Shown here: one piece after another, positions 39,108 through 49,842 of the stretch
Layout of the letters: every line of letters starts with the position of its first letter
How positions within the stretch are numbered: position 1 is the stretch's first letter
Source of the DNA: Vulcanimicrobiota bacterium
GTDB lineage: Bacteria; Vulcanimicrobiota; Vulcanimicrobiia; Eremiobacterales; Eremiobacteraceae
Length of the DNA: 64,000 bases
Assembly: GCA_963805945.1 (NCBI GenBank)
Contig: CAWDVP010000002.1
Location: forward strand, 653,027-717,026
Direction of reading: 5' to 3'
The notes under the pieces: model-generated
Databases searched by the model: none
Seen by the model: the letters and a program-made list of their open reading frames with translations, nothing else
Told to the model about the DNA's origin: nothing
Translations under genes and position numbers: made by a program

Positions 39108-39872
39108 ATGCACCCCGAGTGGTGGGTGCTCGTGGCGCTCGGCGTCACCGCGTTTTTCGCCGGCGCGGTGGATGCGATCGGCGGGGGCGGCGGACTGCTC
39201 AACGTGCCGGCACTGTTGCTCGCCGGGCTGCCGCCGCAGCTGGCCCTCGGCACCAACAAACTCGCCGGCATCGCCGGCACTGCGACCGCGACCGCGACCT
39301 TCGCGGCGGCGCGCGCGATCCGTTGGCCGATCGTCATCGCCGGTGCCGTTGCAGCATTCGTCGGCGGGCTGCTCGGCGCACGGACGGTGCTGCACATCGA
39401 TCCCGCGCTGCTGCGCATCGTCGTGTCGGTGCTGCTGCTCGTCGCGTCGGTCGTCGTCGTGCTGCGGCCGCAGATCGGTGAACGTCCAGCCGCGAGCGTC
39501 GCCGAGCGTTCGATCTGGCGCTCTGGCGCGATCGGCTTGGCGACGGGCTATTACGACGGCTTCTTCGGCCCCGGCGCCGGCACGTTCATGGTGTTCTTGT
39601 TCGTCGCGCTGCTCGGGCTGGATTTCCTCGCCGCGACCGGCGTCGCCAAAGCCGCGAACCTCGCCTCGAATCTCGGCGCGATCATCGTGTTCGCGCTCGC
39701 CGGCACGATCGACTATCGCATCGGCCTCATCATGGCGGGAGGCGCGATCGCCGGCAGCTTCACCGGCTCGCGTCTCGCGCTCGCCCGCGGCGCCGCGTTC
39801 GTGCGCTACGTGTTCCTCGGCATCGCGGTCGCACTCGCCCTACGGTTGTTGTGGCAGGCACTGCACGGCTAG
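39108..39872 (+). CDS. TSUP (TauE/SafE) membrane transporter
   Basis: DAIGGGGGL, ALGTNK, GYYDGFFGPGAGTF. Confidence 0.9.
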   Translation: MHPEWWVLVALGVTAFFAGAVDAIGGGGGLLNVPALLLAGLPPQLALGTNKLAGIAGTATATATFAAARAIRWPIVIAGAVAAFVGGLLGARTVLHIDPALLRIVVSVLLLVASVVVVLRPQIGERPAASVAERSIWRSGAIGLATGYYDGFFGPGAGTFMVFLFVALLGLDFLAATGVAKAANLASNLGAIIVFALAGTIDYRIGLIMAGGAIAGSFTGSRLALARGAAFVRYVFLGIAVALALRLLWQALHG

Positions 39873-39894
39873 CCGCACAAGCAACACGTGACGT

Positions 39895-41430
39895 ATGAGC
39901 AAAGATAGCTATTACCTGACCACGCCGCTGTACTACACGAACAGCACGCCGCACATCGGCCACGCCTACAGCACGATCGCCGCCGACATCCTGGCGCGTT
40001 TTCACCGCGTCACGGGCAACGGCCGCGCGCATTTCCTCACCGGGACCGACGAACATGGCCCCAAAGTCGCCGATGCCGCCGCCGCCGCGGGCAAGACGCC
40101 CAAGCAGTTCGTCGACGAGATCGTCGAGCGCTGGAAGGCGCAGTGGCTCGAGCTCAACATCGGCTACGACCAGTTCATCCGCACCACCGATCCGGACCAT
40201 GAAGCCGCCGTGCAGCAGATCTTCACCACGCTGCGCGAGAAAGGCGACATCGTCGCCGGTCCATACGAAGGCTGGTACTGCCGCAACGACGAGACCTTCT
40301 GGGTGGAGAGCAAGCTCAAAGATGGGCGTTGTCCGAATCCGGAGTGCGGCCGCCCGGTGGAATGGGTCTCGGAAGACGCGTGGTTCTTCCGGCTGTCGGC
40401 GTATCGGGATACGCTGCTCGAGCATTTCCGCGCGCATCCGGACTGGGTGCGCCCGCAGAGCGCATACAACGAGATGATGGCGATCATCGAAGGCGGGCTC
40501 GAGGATCTGTGCGTTACGCGCACGAGCGTGCCGTGGGGCGTGCCGATGCCTGATGGCGGCGGCACCATCTACGTGTGGTTCGACGCGATCTGCAACTACG
40601 CGACCGCTGCCGGCTACCCGCACGACATGCAACGCTTCGAGCGGCTGTGGCCGGCGGACGTGCATCTCATCGGTAAGGAGATCGCGCGCTTCCACACGAT
40701 CATCTGGCCCGCGCTGCTGCTCGCGCTCGGATTGCCGCCGCCGAAACTCGTCTTCGCCAACGGCTGGATCACCATGGACGGCGCCAAGATGAGCAAGAGC
40801 CTCGGCAACTTCATCACCGCGGGCGAACTCGTGGAGCGATTCTCTGTGGACGGCGTGCGCTATCTGCTGTTCGCGCAGGCGACGTTCGGCACCGACTTCA
40901 GCCTCAGCGACGAGGGGTTGCTGCACCGCTACAACGCCGACCTCGCCAACGATCTCGGCAATCTCGTGCAGCGCACGCTCTCGATGCTGCAGCGCTATCG
41001 CGCCGGCAAAGTGCCGAAGTCCGCTGACTCGTCGTTGGCTAAAGGCTTCGACGATGCGCGCGACGCGGTGGTCAGCGCACTGAACGCGTTGGATTTCCGC
41101 GGCGCGCTGGCCGCGACGTGGGAGCGCGTCGGTGCGCTTAACCTGCACGTCGAGCAGAGCAAGCCGTGGGAGCTCAACAAGAAGGGCGATGAGGCGGGGC
41201 TCGACGCGGTGCTCTACGAGCTGTGCGAAGGCGTGCGTTGGCTCGGCGCGTTCGTGTATCCGTTCATGCCGTCCACCGGCGAGGCGATCTGGAAAGCGCT
41301 CGGACAAAGCGGCGTGCCCGGCGACCGCTGGGAGCAGACGTTGCGCTGGGGCGGGCTCGCCGCCGGCACGCAGACCACGCTGCCGCCTGCGCTCTTCCCC
41401 CGAGCTGAGGCGGACGTCAAAGCTTCGTGA
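39895..41430 (+). CDS. metG: Methionine--tRNA ligase
   Basis: PHIGH, TGTDEHG, YVWFDA, KMSKSLGN. Confidence 0.97.
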   Translation: MSKDSYYLTTPLYYTNSTPHIGHAYSTIAADILARFHRVTGNGRAHFLTGTDEHGPKVADAAAAAGKTPKQFVDEIVERWKAQWLELNIGYDQFIRTTDPDHEAAVQQIFTTLREKGDIVAGPYEGWYCRNDETFWVESKLKDGRCPNPECGRPVEWVSEDAWFFRLSAYRDTLLEHFRAHPDWVRPQSAYNEMMAIIEGGLEDLCVTRTSVPWGVPMPDGGGTIYVWFDAICNYATAAGYPHDMQRFERLWPADVHLIGKEIARFHTIIWPALLLALGLPPPKLVFANGWITMDGAKMSKSLGNFITAGELVERFSVDGVRYLLFAQATFGTDFSLSDEGLLHRYNADLANDLGNLVQRTLSMLQRYRAGKVPKSADSSLAKGFDDARDAVVSALNALDFRGALAATWERVGALNLHVEQSKPWELNKKGDEAGLDAVLYELCEGVRWLGAFVYPFMPSTGEAIWKALGQSGVPGDRWEQTLRWGGLAAGTQTTLPPALFPRAEADVKAS

Positions 41431-42203
41431 CCCTGGTCGACACCCACGCGCATCTCGACGGCTCGGATTTCGACGCCGACCTCGCCGACGTGCTCGCACG
41501 CGCGCGCGCCGCGGGCGTCGCCGCGATGGTGTCGTGCGGACAAGACGAGGCGACGAGCTCGGCGACGCTGGCCCTCGCGCGCGCGCATACGGTCATCGCG
41601 CCGGCGGTCGGCGTGCATCCGCACGAAGCCAAGTCCGCCGGCGATCTGCGCTGGCTCGAGACGATGCTCGACGACGAGCGGGTCGTCGCGGTCGGCGAGA
41701 TGGGCCTTGATTACCATTACGATTTCTCACCGCGCGACGTGCAGCGCGCGGTCTTCGCGCGCCAGCTCGACATCGCACGCGCGCGCGATCTCCCCGTCAT
41801 CATGCATTGCCGCGAATCGGAAGAGGATCTCGTCGCCACCCTGCGGGCCGCGCGTTTCGACTCTAGCAGGCGCGGCGTCTTGCATTGCTTCACCGGCACG
41901 TTCGAGTTCGGCGAGCGGCTCATCGGTGAGTTCGGCGTCTACTTGGGTCTCGGCGGCGCGGTGACGTTCAAGAACGCGAAGGAGCTGCATGACGCGGCTG
42001 CGCGTCTGCCGGTCGAGCATCTCGTGCTCGAAACGGATTGCCCGTTCATGACGCCGGCGCCGTATCGCGGCAAGCGCAACGAGCCGGCATACGTGACGCT
42101 CACGTGCGCGCGCCTGGCCGAATTGCGTGGGGCAGACGTAGAGTCCATCGCCGCGGCGACGACGGCGAACGCGCTGCGCCTCTTCCCGAAATTACTTATG
42201 TAG
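41427..42203 (+). CDS. tatD: TatD family nuclease
   Basis: DTHAH, GVHPH, GEMGLDY, HCR, LHCF, ETDCP. Confidence 0.95.
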   Translation: MTLVDTHAHLDGSDFDADLADVLARARAAGVAAMVSCGQDEATSSATLALARAHTVIAPAVGVHPHEAKSAGDLRWLETMLDDERVVAVGEMGLDYHYDFSPRDVQRAVFARQLDIARARDLPVIMHCRESEEDLVATLRAARFDSSRRGVLHCFTGTFEFGERLIGEFGVYLGLGGAVTFKNAKELHDAAARLPVEHLVLETDCPFMTPAPYRGKRNEPAYVTLTCARLAELRGADVESIAAATTANALRLFPKLLM

Positions 42204-42222
42204 GGCCGACCTCTAGGTCGGC
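42198..42222 (+). repeat. GTAG-type REP palindrome supplying the tatD stop codon
   Basis: atgtagggccgacctctaggtcggc. Confidence 0.7.
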
Positions 42223-42293
42223 TCATGCGAAGCTCGGGAGAAGTGATGCCCCTCATCCAGGAGCGGGTGGGGGACGGCGCAAAGGTCAACGCG

Positions 42294-43592
42294 ATGCATG
42301 TCCCTCGCCGATTCTCTTCCACGTGGGTCGCGGTTCTTTTCGCCCTCGGCATCGCTGCGAGTGGCGGCGGTTGCGGCGGTTCTTCGAGCGTGATGTCGGG
42401 GAATGGCGGCTCCGGAACGCCGACACCGGTGCCATCGATTCGCGACGACTGGCCGATGTATGGGCACGACGCGCGGCACACGTCGGCCTCGGTCGGCAGC
42501 ATCGCAGGATCGCTCAAGGTGGCGTGGCGGTATAACCCAGTGGCCGCGCCGAGCGACACGTTCAGCACGGTCTACAACGCGGTCGGCACGATCTCAGGCG
42601 TCTACGTGCATTGGTTTCAAAGCGGCGTGTCGATCTTGAGCGCCGGCCCCTCCGTCGACGCCGTGTCGACTGGAGGCGGGCGGACATGGACCTTTGTGGA
42701 ACTGCGCGATTACGACGAAGGTCATTGGCTTAGCATCTTCAACAACGGCGTCGTCCTCCAAGATGACGGAGAGCCGAACCTCGATACAGGCACCGGCAAG
42801 GTCGTGAAGTATCTCGCGAGCAGCTACGATTCGTGGGGCGAGACGATACCTGATCCGTCGGGGTTCTACGGCGCGAACACATTTATCGCCGATGGACCGA
42901 ATCTGTTCGTCTACTCATTTGATGCGAGCAACGCATTGCGCTGGAAAGCCCTTCAGCAGACGGGCACCAAGTACTCGCAGGACGCGAATGGTGGGATCTT
43001 GCTCTCCAACGGCGTTCTGTTCTACGCCGCCAGCTACTCCGACCCGGTGCCGCATGCGTCAGGCATCTATGGGCTCAACTCTTCCACGGGTACGCAGGTC
43101 GCATATGTGGCGGCCAACCCATCGTCGGAGATGAGCGCCGACGCGAGCAATATCTATCTCGTCGAGAACAACACGAGCCTCGTCGCGCGAACGCAGTCCA
43201 ATCTCGGGGCCGTGTGGTCGACGAATATCGGGTTCGGGTCGTATGCGGCGCCGGTGCTGGCAAACGGTCTCGTCATCGTGGCGACCGGGAGCGGGGTCGG
43301 GGCGTATAACGCCAGCACTGGGAAGGTGGCGTGGACGTCGCCGGTCTCCGTCTCTTACGGCGGGCAGTACGGCACCGCGATGTGCGCGGCGCTCGGCAGC
43401 AACACGCTGCTCGTCACCGGCAACGACGGCCTCCACGTCTTAAACCTGGCGACCGGAGCCGAGATCTGGCACGGCGCCGTGGCGGGCGCGCAGGGAACCG
43501 TCGCAAACCCGGTGATCGTGAACAACCCGGCTCTAGGCGTGACGGTCTACGTCACCGACAGTCGCGGCGTCATCGCGCTGATCCCAGGCTAG
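42294..43592 (+). CDS. PQQ-like beta-propeller lipoprotein
   Basis: Hydrophobic leader + GGGC; DWPMYGHDARHT; repeats TGKVAW, TGAEIW. Confidence 0.75.
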   Translation: MHVPRRFSSTWVAVLFALGIAASGGGCGGSSSVMSGNGGSGTPTPVPSIRDDWPMYGHDARHTSASVGSIAGSLKVAWRYNPVAAPSDTFSTVYNAVGTISGVYVHWFQSGVSILSAGPSVDAVSTGGGRTWTFVELRDYDEGHWLSIFNNGVVLQDDGEPNLDTGTGKVVKYLASSYDSWGETIPDPSGFYGANTFIADGPNLFVYSFDASNALRWKALQQTGTKYSQDANGGILLSNGVLFYAASYSDPVPHASGIYGLNSSTGTQVAYVAANPSSEMSADASNIYLVENNTSLVARTQSNLGAVWSTNIGFGSYAAPVLANGLVIVATGSGVGAYNASTGKVAWTSPVSVSYGGQYGTAMCAALGSNTLLVTGNDGLHVLNLATGAEIWHGAVAGAQGTVANPVIVNNPALGVTVYVTDSRGVIALIPG

Positions 43593-43601
43593 CTGCTCGG
43601 G

Positions 43602-44117
43602 TTAAGACCCCGGCGCCGGAATCGTCACGCGGAACGGTTTGAACGCGCCCTTGGCGCACGAACCGCACTGGAAGATCAACTTCGTGGGCACGTAGGATTT
43701 GTCGACGGGGAAGAGCGCCGTCTGCTTCACCGAGGCACCCTGCTGGATCGTCAGCGACACGGGCGTGAAGAAGTGCCCCGGGATCTCGAATGAGATGTCA
43801 TCTTTGTCCGCGAGGGTGTAGCTCACGAGCTCGCCCCACGACGAAGTCGTGCCGTTGCGGATGATGGCGGTGACCACCATGACCTTCTGACTCGCAAGCG
43901 GCACCACCGATTCGGGGTGATCCGCCGGCGTCGCGTCGCGGACTTCCACGACTTTGAAGCGGAGAACGCCGTTCCAGAGCGTGTCGCCGACCTTGCCGGA
44001 GATCGCGTTGAGCTGATTGGCGCCGCCGGGCACGGGCGTGGGTGCGGCGGCGACCTGCACCGCTCCGGCCAGAGCGAGCAGCGTCGCAAACGCGAGAACG
44101 CGGAGCGATGATGGCAT
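43602..44117 (-). CDS. Exported hypothetical protein
   Basis: Signal peptide MPSSLRVLAF...; PTPVPGGANQ. Confidence 0.72.
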   Translation of the reverse strand: MPSSLRVLAFATLLALAGAVQVAAAPTPVPGGANQLNAISGKVGDTLWNGVLRFKVVEVRDATPADHPESVVPLASQKVMVVTAIIRNGTTSSWGELVSYTLADKDDISFEIPGHFFTPVSLTIQQGASVKQTALFPVDKSYVPTKLIFQCGSCAKGAFKPFRVTIPAPGS

Positions 44118-44197
44118 GGAAGATCCTTTCAGCGAAACGATGCGGACGGTGCAGGCGCGTTCGCCGGTCTCACGCCATACCCCGCCCGCTCGCTTGC

Positions 44198-44341
44198 TTA
44201 GTACGCGTGTGCCACGTGCACGTTGGCGTTGATCTTCGCCTGCGGCTGATCGAGTCGCGATGCGAACATCGGAACGAGCAGCACCGCGACGAGGATCACC
44301 GCACAGACGGCGTCGATGATGTGTTGTGTTGAGAAGCGCAT
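44198..44341 (-). CDS. 47-aa single-TM small protein MRFSTQHIIDAVCAVILVAVLLVPMFASRLDQPQAKINANVHVAHAY
   Basis: GGAGG RBS 8 nt before ATG; fills intergenic gap. Confidence 0.6.
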   Translation of the reverse strand: MRFSTQHIIDAVCAVILVAVLLVPMFASRLDQPQAKINANVHVAHAY

Positions 44342-44462
44342 GGTTCAAACCTCCGTGAGAGAGCGAGTGTTGATGCTCTTATGGTACTCACGGGATGCGG
44401 GACGGACATCGTGGGAAACACCGAAGAAGGCCTGGCTGCAGTACGGATATTGTCGGTGCCGT

Positions 44463-45509
44463 TCAAGCCTGGCCGAGCGTTGCGTCCTGGAGCGCGGGAG
44501 GGCTGGAGCGTAAAACGGGCTCGGCCAGCGACCACATGCGGTCGAAATCCGCTCGCAGCGCCGTGGCACCGTCGCCGAAGTCAGCGGCCGGGGCGATGAC
44601 GCCGATCTCGCGCGCCTCTTCAAGTCCGTTCCTTGTAAGGTTCGCGGACCCCACATAGATGCGATCGCCCGCATCGATGTACTTCTCGTGTAGATGGGCG
44701 CCGGGCAGCGTGCGCAGCGCGACGCCTGAGGCGGCGAGGATGCGTAGCGATGCCGGCGATGCAGTCCCCTCACGCTTCACCAGCACTTCATCGAGCAGTC
44801 CGCGTTGCCGGCGCGCGACCAGTGCCCCGATGATCTGCGGATCGGAGAGGTCCTCCATTGCGATGCGCTCCGCAACGGGCGCGTCAAGCAGCGAAGCGAT
44901 CCGCTGCCTGGTGGCTGCGTCAGGCCCAGCGACGATGCGCTGCGCAGATGTGCCTTGGCCCTCGATCGCCGCGCGTACGACCGCAACGTCTTCAGCGGCG
45001 CGATCTTCGACGAGCACCTCACCCGGCTGCGAGAATCCGTCGGCATTAGGATTGGCGGTCGCGATGAACGCGCGAGAGCCATCCACGACCGCGGCTTTAC
45101 CGTGCTCGAGAGCCAGCTCGTCGCCCTCGACGATGACGTGCACGCTGCTATCGAAGAGCTTCTCGTAGCCCGCGGCCGCGTCGCGCACGTGCGCGGACTG
45201 CGGTACGTGCTCGCCGCGATGCGCGTAACGGCCGCGATCGCCTTCGAGGAACAGCGTCACCGCGACGCCGCGGCGAGCGGCATCGTTCAATGAGGCGACG
45301 ATAGAGGCGTCGCCGACGCTGTAGAATTGCGCTTCAATGGAGCTTCGCGCAGAATCGAATGCCGAGCACAGCTCGGCGCGCGCTGCGCTGCCCAGAGTGA
45401 CGCGAAGATCTCCCACAGCAGAGCTTGTCACGCGGGGAGCGTGGTTCGTCAAGCGTGCGGCCAGGAAAGCCCCAGAAACCGTGGAAACGCATACACGATT
45501 CATGAGCAC
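44463..45509 (-). CDS. Phospholipase D superfamily protein (start uncertain, probably near 45420)
   Basis: HGKAAVVDG and HEKYIDAGDRIYVGSANL HKD-type motifs. Confidence 0.8.
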   Translation of the reverse strand: MLMNRVCVSTVSGAFLAARLTNHAPRVTSSAVGDLRVTLGSAARAELCSAFDSARSSIEAQFYSVGDASIVASLNDAARRGVAVTLFLEGDRGRYAHRGEHVPQSAHVRDAAAGYEKLFDSSVHVIVEGDELALEHGKAAVVDGSRAFIATANPNADGFSQPGEVLVEDRAAEDVAVVRAAIEGQGTSAQRIVAGPDAATRQRIASLLDAPVAERIAMEDLSDPQIIGALVARRQRGLLDEVLVKREGTASPASLRILAASGVALRTLPGAHLHEKYIDAGDRIYVGSANLTRNGLEEAREIGVIAPAADFGDGATALRADFDRMWSLAEPVLRSSPPALQDATLGQA

Positions 45510-46248
45510 AGATAAAGGAAGCGTGGTCCGCGAGCTCTTCGACCGGATCGCCGCCCGCTATGACCGCGCCAACACCGCCATGACGGGCGGTCTCGACGAG
45601 CTGTGGCGCCGCAGCGCCGTCGACCAGCTGCACGTCGCCGATGACGGGCATCTGCTCGACCTGTGTTGCGGCACGGGCGCCCTGTCGCGCGACATGGCGC
45701 GCAAGGTCCCTGAAGGGCTGGTCGAAGGCGTGGACTTCAGTCCGAACATGCTCGAGGTCGCGCGTGCGAACAAGATCCCGGCCAACGTCGTCTATCACCA
45801 AAGCGACGTCTTGCAGCTGCAGTTCGGCGACAACATCTTCGACGGCGCCGCGATGGGCTACTCGATGCGCAACATCGTCGACATCGCTGCGTGTTTGCGC
45901 GAGATCGCGCGCGTGCTCAAACCCGGCGCGTCATTCGTCAACCTCGAGATCAGCAAACCGCCGAACCCGCTGTGGCGCAAGATGTTCTACGCCTACTTCT
46001 ACAACGTGTTGCCCATCGTCGGCAAGATGGTCGGCGGCGACGCCGCGGCGTACAGATATCTGCCGCAGTCGCTCGTCAACTTCCCGGATGCGGATGGACT
46101 CGCGGCGCTCTTCCAGCACAACGGCTTCGCGCACGTGCGCTACGTGCGGCTCATGGGCGGCGTCGCCGCGCTGCACATCGGCACGAAGGAACGCGTGGCG
46201 ATCGCACCCGACCCGAACCGGCCGATCACGGCGGACCTGCTCGCATGA
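45502..46248 (+). CDS. menG: Demethylmenaquinone methyltransferase (MenG/UbiE)
   Basis: FDRIAARYDRAN, LDLCCGTG, RVLKPG, AYRYLPQS. Confidence 0.92.
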   Translation: MSTDKGSVVRELFDRIAARYDRANTAMTGGLDELWRRSAVDQLHVADDGHLLDLCCGTGALSRDMARKVPEGLVEGVDFSPNMLEVARANKIPANVVYHQSDVLQLQFGDNIFDGAAMGYSMRNIVDIAACLREIARVLKPGASFVNLEISKPPNPLWRKMFYAYFYNVLPIVGKMVGGDAAAYRYLPQSLVNFPDADGLAALFQHNGFAHVRYVRLMGGVAALHIGTKERVAIAPDPNRPITADLLA

Positions 46249-47252
46249 TAGAAGAGTCCGGCTCCGCCATCCACGCGGTCGTCGAGGAATTCGTCCGCGA
46301 AGAGCTCTCGCATGAGAACGCGCACATCGCCGGCGCGGTGTGGAACATGCTCGACGCCGGCGGCAAGCGGCTGCGCCCGCGCATCACCATGCTCGCCGGC
46401 CGCGCGACCAATCCGAACGCGCCCGACGATCCGGTGCTCGCGTCATACATGGAGCTCATCCACGTCGCGACGCTGATCCACGACGACGTCCTCGACAACG
46501 CCGACATCCGCCGCGGCCGCGAATCCACCAATCACGCCTTCGGCAATCGCTTCTCGGTGCTCGCGGGCGACTATCTCTTCTCGTGGGTGTTCAAGAAGAT
46601 CACGCTCGGCTACGCCTCGCCGATCCCGACGATCCTCGCCGCCATGCTCGCCGAGATCTGCAACGGCGAAGTGAAGCAGTTGCGCGCGAGCGGCGATCTC
46701 GACATGACGCCGGAGCGCTATCTCGAGATCATCGGCAAGAAGACCGCGGAGCTGTTCGGCTCGTGCGCCGAGGTCGGCGCGATCAACGCGCTGCTCCATG
46801 CCGGTCGCGCGCCCGGGCCGGCGCTGCGTGACGACACGAGCGTGCGCGCGCTGCGCGAATACGGCCGCCTGTACGGGCTCGCGTTCCAGATCCGCGACGA
46901 TCTGTACGACGCGACCGCATCGCAAGCCGAACTCGGCAAACCCGCCGGCACCGATCTGCGCGAGAAGAAGATGACCATGCCGCTCATCGAGGCGATCGCC
47001 GATGGCGGCGCACAAGCGCGCGGCCTCGTCGCCGCGCTTTTCAGGTTCGAAGATGCCGGCGCGCCGGAGGCGCAGGCAGCGCTCGAGCGCGTCGCCGGGT
47101 TGCTGAAAGGCAAGGAAGTTTCCAAACGCAGCAAACGCGCCATCGAGGACTATGCCAAAGCGGCGGAAGCGGCCCTCGGGGACCTCGCGCCGTCGCCCTC
47201 GCGCGACGAATTGGCCGGACTCGCCCGTTCTCTTAGCGTATTTTCATCGTAA
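46245..47252 (+). CDS. Polyprenyl diphosphate synthase (HepT/IspB-like)
   Basis: GGKRLRP, ATLIHDDVLD, RRG, AFQIRDD. Confidence 0.93.
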   Translation: MIEESGSAIHAVVEEFVREELSHENAHIAGAVWNMLDAGGKRLRPRITMLAGRATNPNAPDDPVLASYMELIHVATLIHDDVLDNADIRRGRESTNHAFGNRFSVLAGDYLFSWVFKKITLGYASPIPTILAAMLAEICNGEVKQLRASGDLDMTPERYLEIIGKKTAELFGSCAEVGAINALLHAGRAPGPALRDDTSVRALREYGRLYGLAFQIRDDLYDATASQAELGKPAGTDLREKKMTMPLIEAIADGGAQARGLVAALFRFEDAGAPEAQAALERVAGLLKGKEVSKRSKRAIEDYAKAAEAALGDLAPSPSRDELAGLARSLSVFSS

Positions 47253-47351
47253 GTGCAGGGCATCTGCGGCCGATTCTCATACAATGGATGAGAGAAGGCG
47301 ACGGCGTTCCCGGACGCTCGGACTTCGCCGCCTGAAAGGAGCCCCACCGCC

Positions 47352-47618
47352 ATGTCGCCCGTTTTCGCCATCATCGACGCACCGATCATCGCCATCATCA
47401 TCGGCGCCGCCGTGATCCTCTTCGGCGCGGAGCGCCTGCCCAAACTCGCGCGCTCCATGGGTCAAGCGAAGAAAGAATTCGAAGCCGCCGCCGCGGCCAA
47501 GACCCTGCCCCCTGACCCGGAAGCGCCGGCCACGCCGCCCGCCCCGCCGGCCGCTCCGCCCGTCGCGAACATACCGCCGGCCACACCCCCGACCACGCCG
47601 CCGAGCCCGCAACAGTAG
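47352..47618 (+). CDS. tatA: Tat translocase TatA/E
   Basis: ILFGAERLPKLARSMGQAKKEF. Confidence 0.9.
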   Translation: MSPVFAIIDAPIIAIIIGAAVILFGAERLPKLARSMGQAKKEFEAAAAAKTLPPDPEAPATPPAPPAAPPVANIPPATPPTTPPSPQQ

Positions 47619-47626
47619 CCCGTCTC

Positions 47627-48388
47627 TTGAGCGAGGCCGACCAGGGCGACCTCAAGGACGGCGCAGAGATGACGTTTACGGAGCACCTCGCGGAGCTCCG
47701 TACGCGTTTGATCATCTCGATCGGCGTCGTCTCGGTCCTCTCACTCGTCGCGTTCCCCTTGATGCCCCATGTGCTCAAGCTGCTCGAGGCGTACTTCATC
47801 CCCGGGATCCAACTGCACGTCTTCTCGCCCGCCGAGATCATCCGCGTCTACATCAAGCTGTCGGTGCTGCTCGGTTTGATCGTCGGCTTTCCCATCGTGC
47901 TCTACCAGCTCTACGCGTTCGTCGCGCCTGCGCTCGACAAACGGGTGCGCACGCGCGTGGTGTGGTACGCCCTGCCTTCGCTGCTCATGTCGGTCGCGGG
48001 CATCGCGTTCTGCGGTCTGGTCGTGCTGCCGATCGTCATGCGCGCGCTCTTCGCGCTCACGCAGAGCTCGGGGCTCGAGGGCACGTATCAGCTCGATCCG
48101 ACCATCGGCTTCATCGTCATCCTGCTCGGCATCTTCGCCATCATGTTCCAGCTGCCGATCGTGCTCTCGCTGCTCGCCAGCGTCGGCATCGTCAACGCGA
48201 AGATGCTCAGCGAGAAATGGCGTCACGCGGTGATCGCGATCCTCATCCTCGCGGGCATCGGCGCGCCGGACGGCAACCCGCTCACCATGGCGCTGCTCGC
48301 GCTGCCGCTCATCGGGCTGTACATGCTCAGCATCGTCGTGGTGCGGATCACTGAGCCCAAGGTCGCACGCGAGGAATCGCTAGCCTAG
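47627..48388 (+). CDS. tatC: Tat translocase TatC
   Basis: MTFTEHLAELRTRL, FVAPAL, FQLP, APD. Confidence 0.93.
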   Translation: MSEADQGDLKDGAEMTFTEHLAELRTRLIISIGVVSVLSLVAFPLMPHVLKLLEAYFIPGIQLHVFSPAEIIRVYIKLSVLLGLIVGFPIVLYQLYAFVAPALDKRVRTRVVWYALPSLLMSVAGIAFCGLVVLPIVMRALFALTQSSGLEGTYQLDPTIGFIVILLGIFAIMFQLPIVLSLLASVGIVNAKMLSEKWRHAVIAILILAGIGAPDGNPLTMALLALPLIGLYMLSIVVVRITEPKVAREESLA

Positions 48389-48425
48389 GAATGGCCCGCA
48401 AAGCGGCAGAACAGCGCGGCGTTCC

Positions 48426-49842
48426 ATGAAAGCTCGCACGCAACCCGCGCCGCGCAAAGAACGCGGCCTGTACGACCAGACCCTCGACGTGCTCTCCAAC
48501 GTCATGTTCCCGGTCGTCGTGTTCTTGGTGTGGGCCGCGTTCACCATCGTCGGCACGAGCGTCGACCAGAACCAAGCGCCCGAGCAATACTATCAAGAGT
48601 ACCCGGCCGCCATGGCCAACGCGATCCTGCGCCTGCATCTCACCAACGTCTTCCACTCGTGGCCCTATCTCGCGCTCGTGCTGCTGCTGCTGCTCTCGAT
48701 GGCGGTATGCACCTTCCGGCGCGTCATCCCGAAGCGCTTTCCCAAAGACCGCGCGCTCGCGATCGAGAACCTCGGCCTGTACGCCTCGCGCGAGTCGACG
48801 CTCGGTTTCGAGCAGACCTGCGATGCCGTCGATGAGTTCGCAAGCGCGCGCGGTTTCGCGGTGCGCCCGCAAGAGATCGACGGCACGCATTGGCTCTTCG
48901 CCGACAAGCACAAATGGGCGCGCTACGGGGTGCTCGTCGCGCACGTCGGCTTCGCCGTCATCTCGATCGGCGTGTTCTTGGGCTGGCTCGCGGGCTATAA
49001 GGGCGAGATGCAGCTCTACACCGGGCAGACCGCCACGATCGAGCAGGCGGGGCTCGACGTCACGCTGCGGCGCTTCATCGGGCGCTTCGAGCCGGTGTCG
49101 ACCAAGAACGGCGTGATGTATCAGGCCAAGCTCTTCCAATCCGACCTGCGCATCGCCGATGCGAACGGCGCGCAAGAGACCAATGTCATCGTCAACCATC
49201 CGTATGTCTCCAGCGGCCACGTGTATCTGTATCAGGCGTCGTACGGCTTCGGCGGCAATCTCGCGTTCCAGCGCAACGGCACGCCGGTGACGCTGACCAA
49301 AGAGCCCGGCCGGCTCGCGCCGGGCGACTCGATTTTGTTGCCGGGCACGAGCCGTGCGGTCGAGTACGCGACGATGCTCGGCCCGTCGGATCCGTCGCAG
49401 ACGCCGAGCGGCGTCGCGGTGCCGGCGCACGACACGTACGCGCTGTGGGTCATCCACGACAACATTCCGACGACCGATCGACCCGTGCTGCTGCAAGTCG
49501 GCAGGACCTTCGACGCGGGCGACGGCTACACGATCACCGCGCTGCCGCCGATCGCGTGGTCGGGCCTCACCGTATCGCTACGATCCGGGCGAGGCGTGGG
49601 TCGGCATCGGCGCGCTCATCCTCACGCTCGGCTTCGTCATGTCGCTCATGTTCATGCCGATCAAGCTGTACGCGCGCGTGCGCAAGGGCGAGCGCGGGCC
49701 GCTCGTCGATATCGCCGCCACGACGACGAAGGGCAACGCGATGTATGAGGATGAATTCGCCTCGATGGTGAAGCGGTTGGAAGATCGGCTCTCGCGGCCC
49801 TCGCCCGGAACCGCGCCTGAAACGGTGAACGCCTTTGCCTAA
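48426..49842 (+). CDS. resB: Cytochrome c biogenesis system II ResB/Ccs1, frameshift near 49570
   Basis: IVGTSVDQ, NVFHSW, SMAVCT, AHVG, VNHP, YQASY, RYDPG. Confidence 0.88.
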
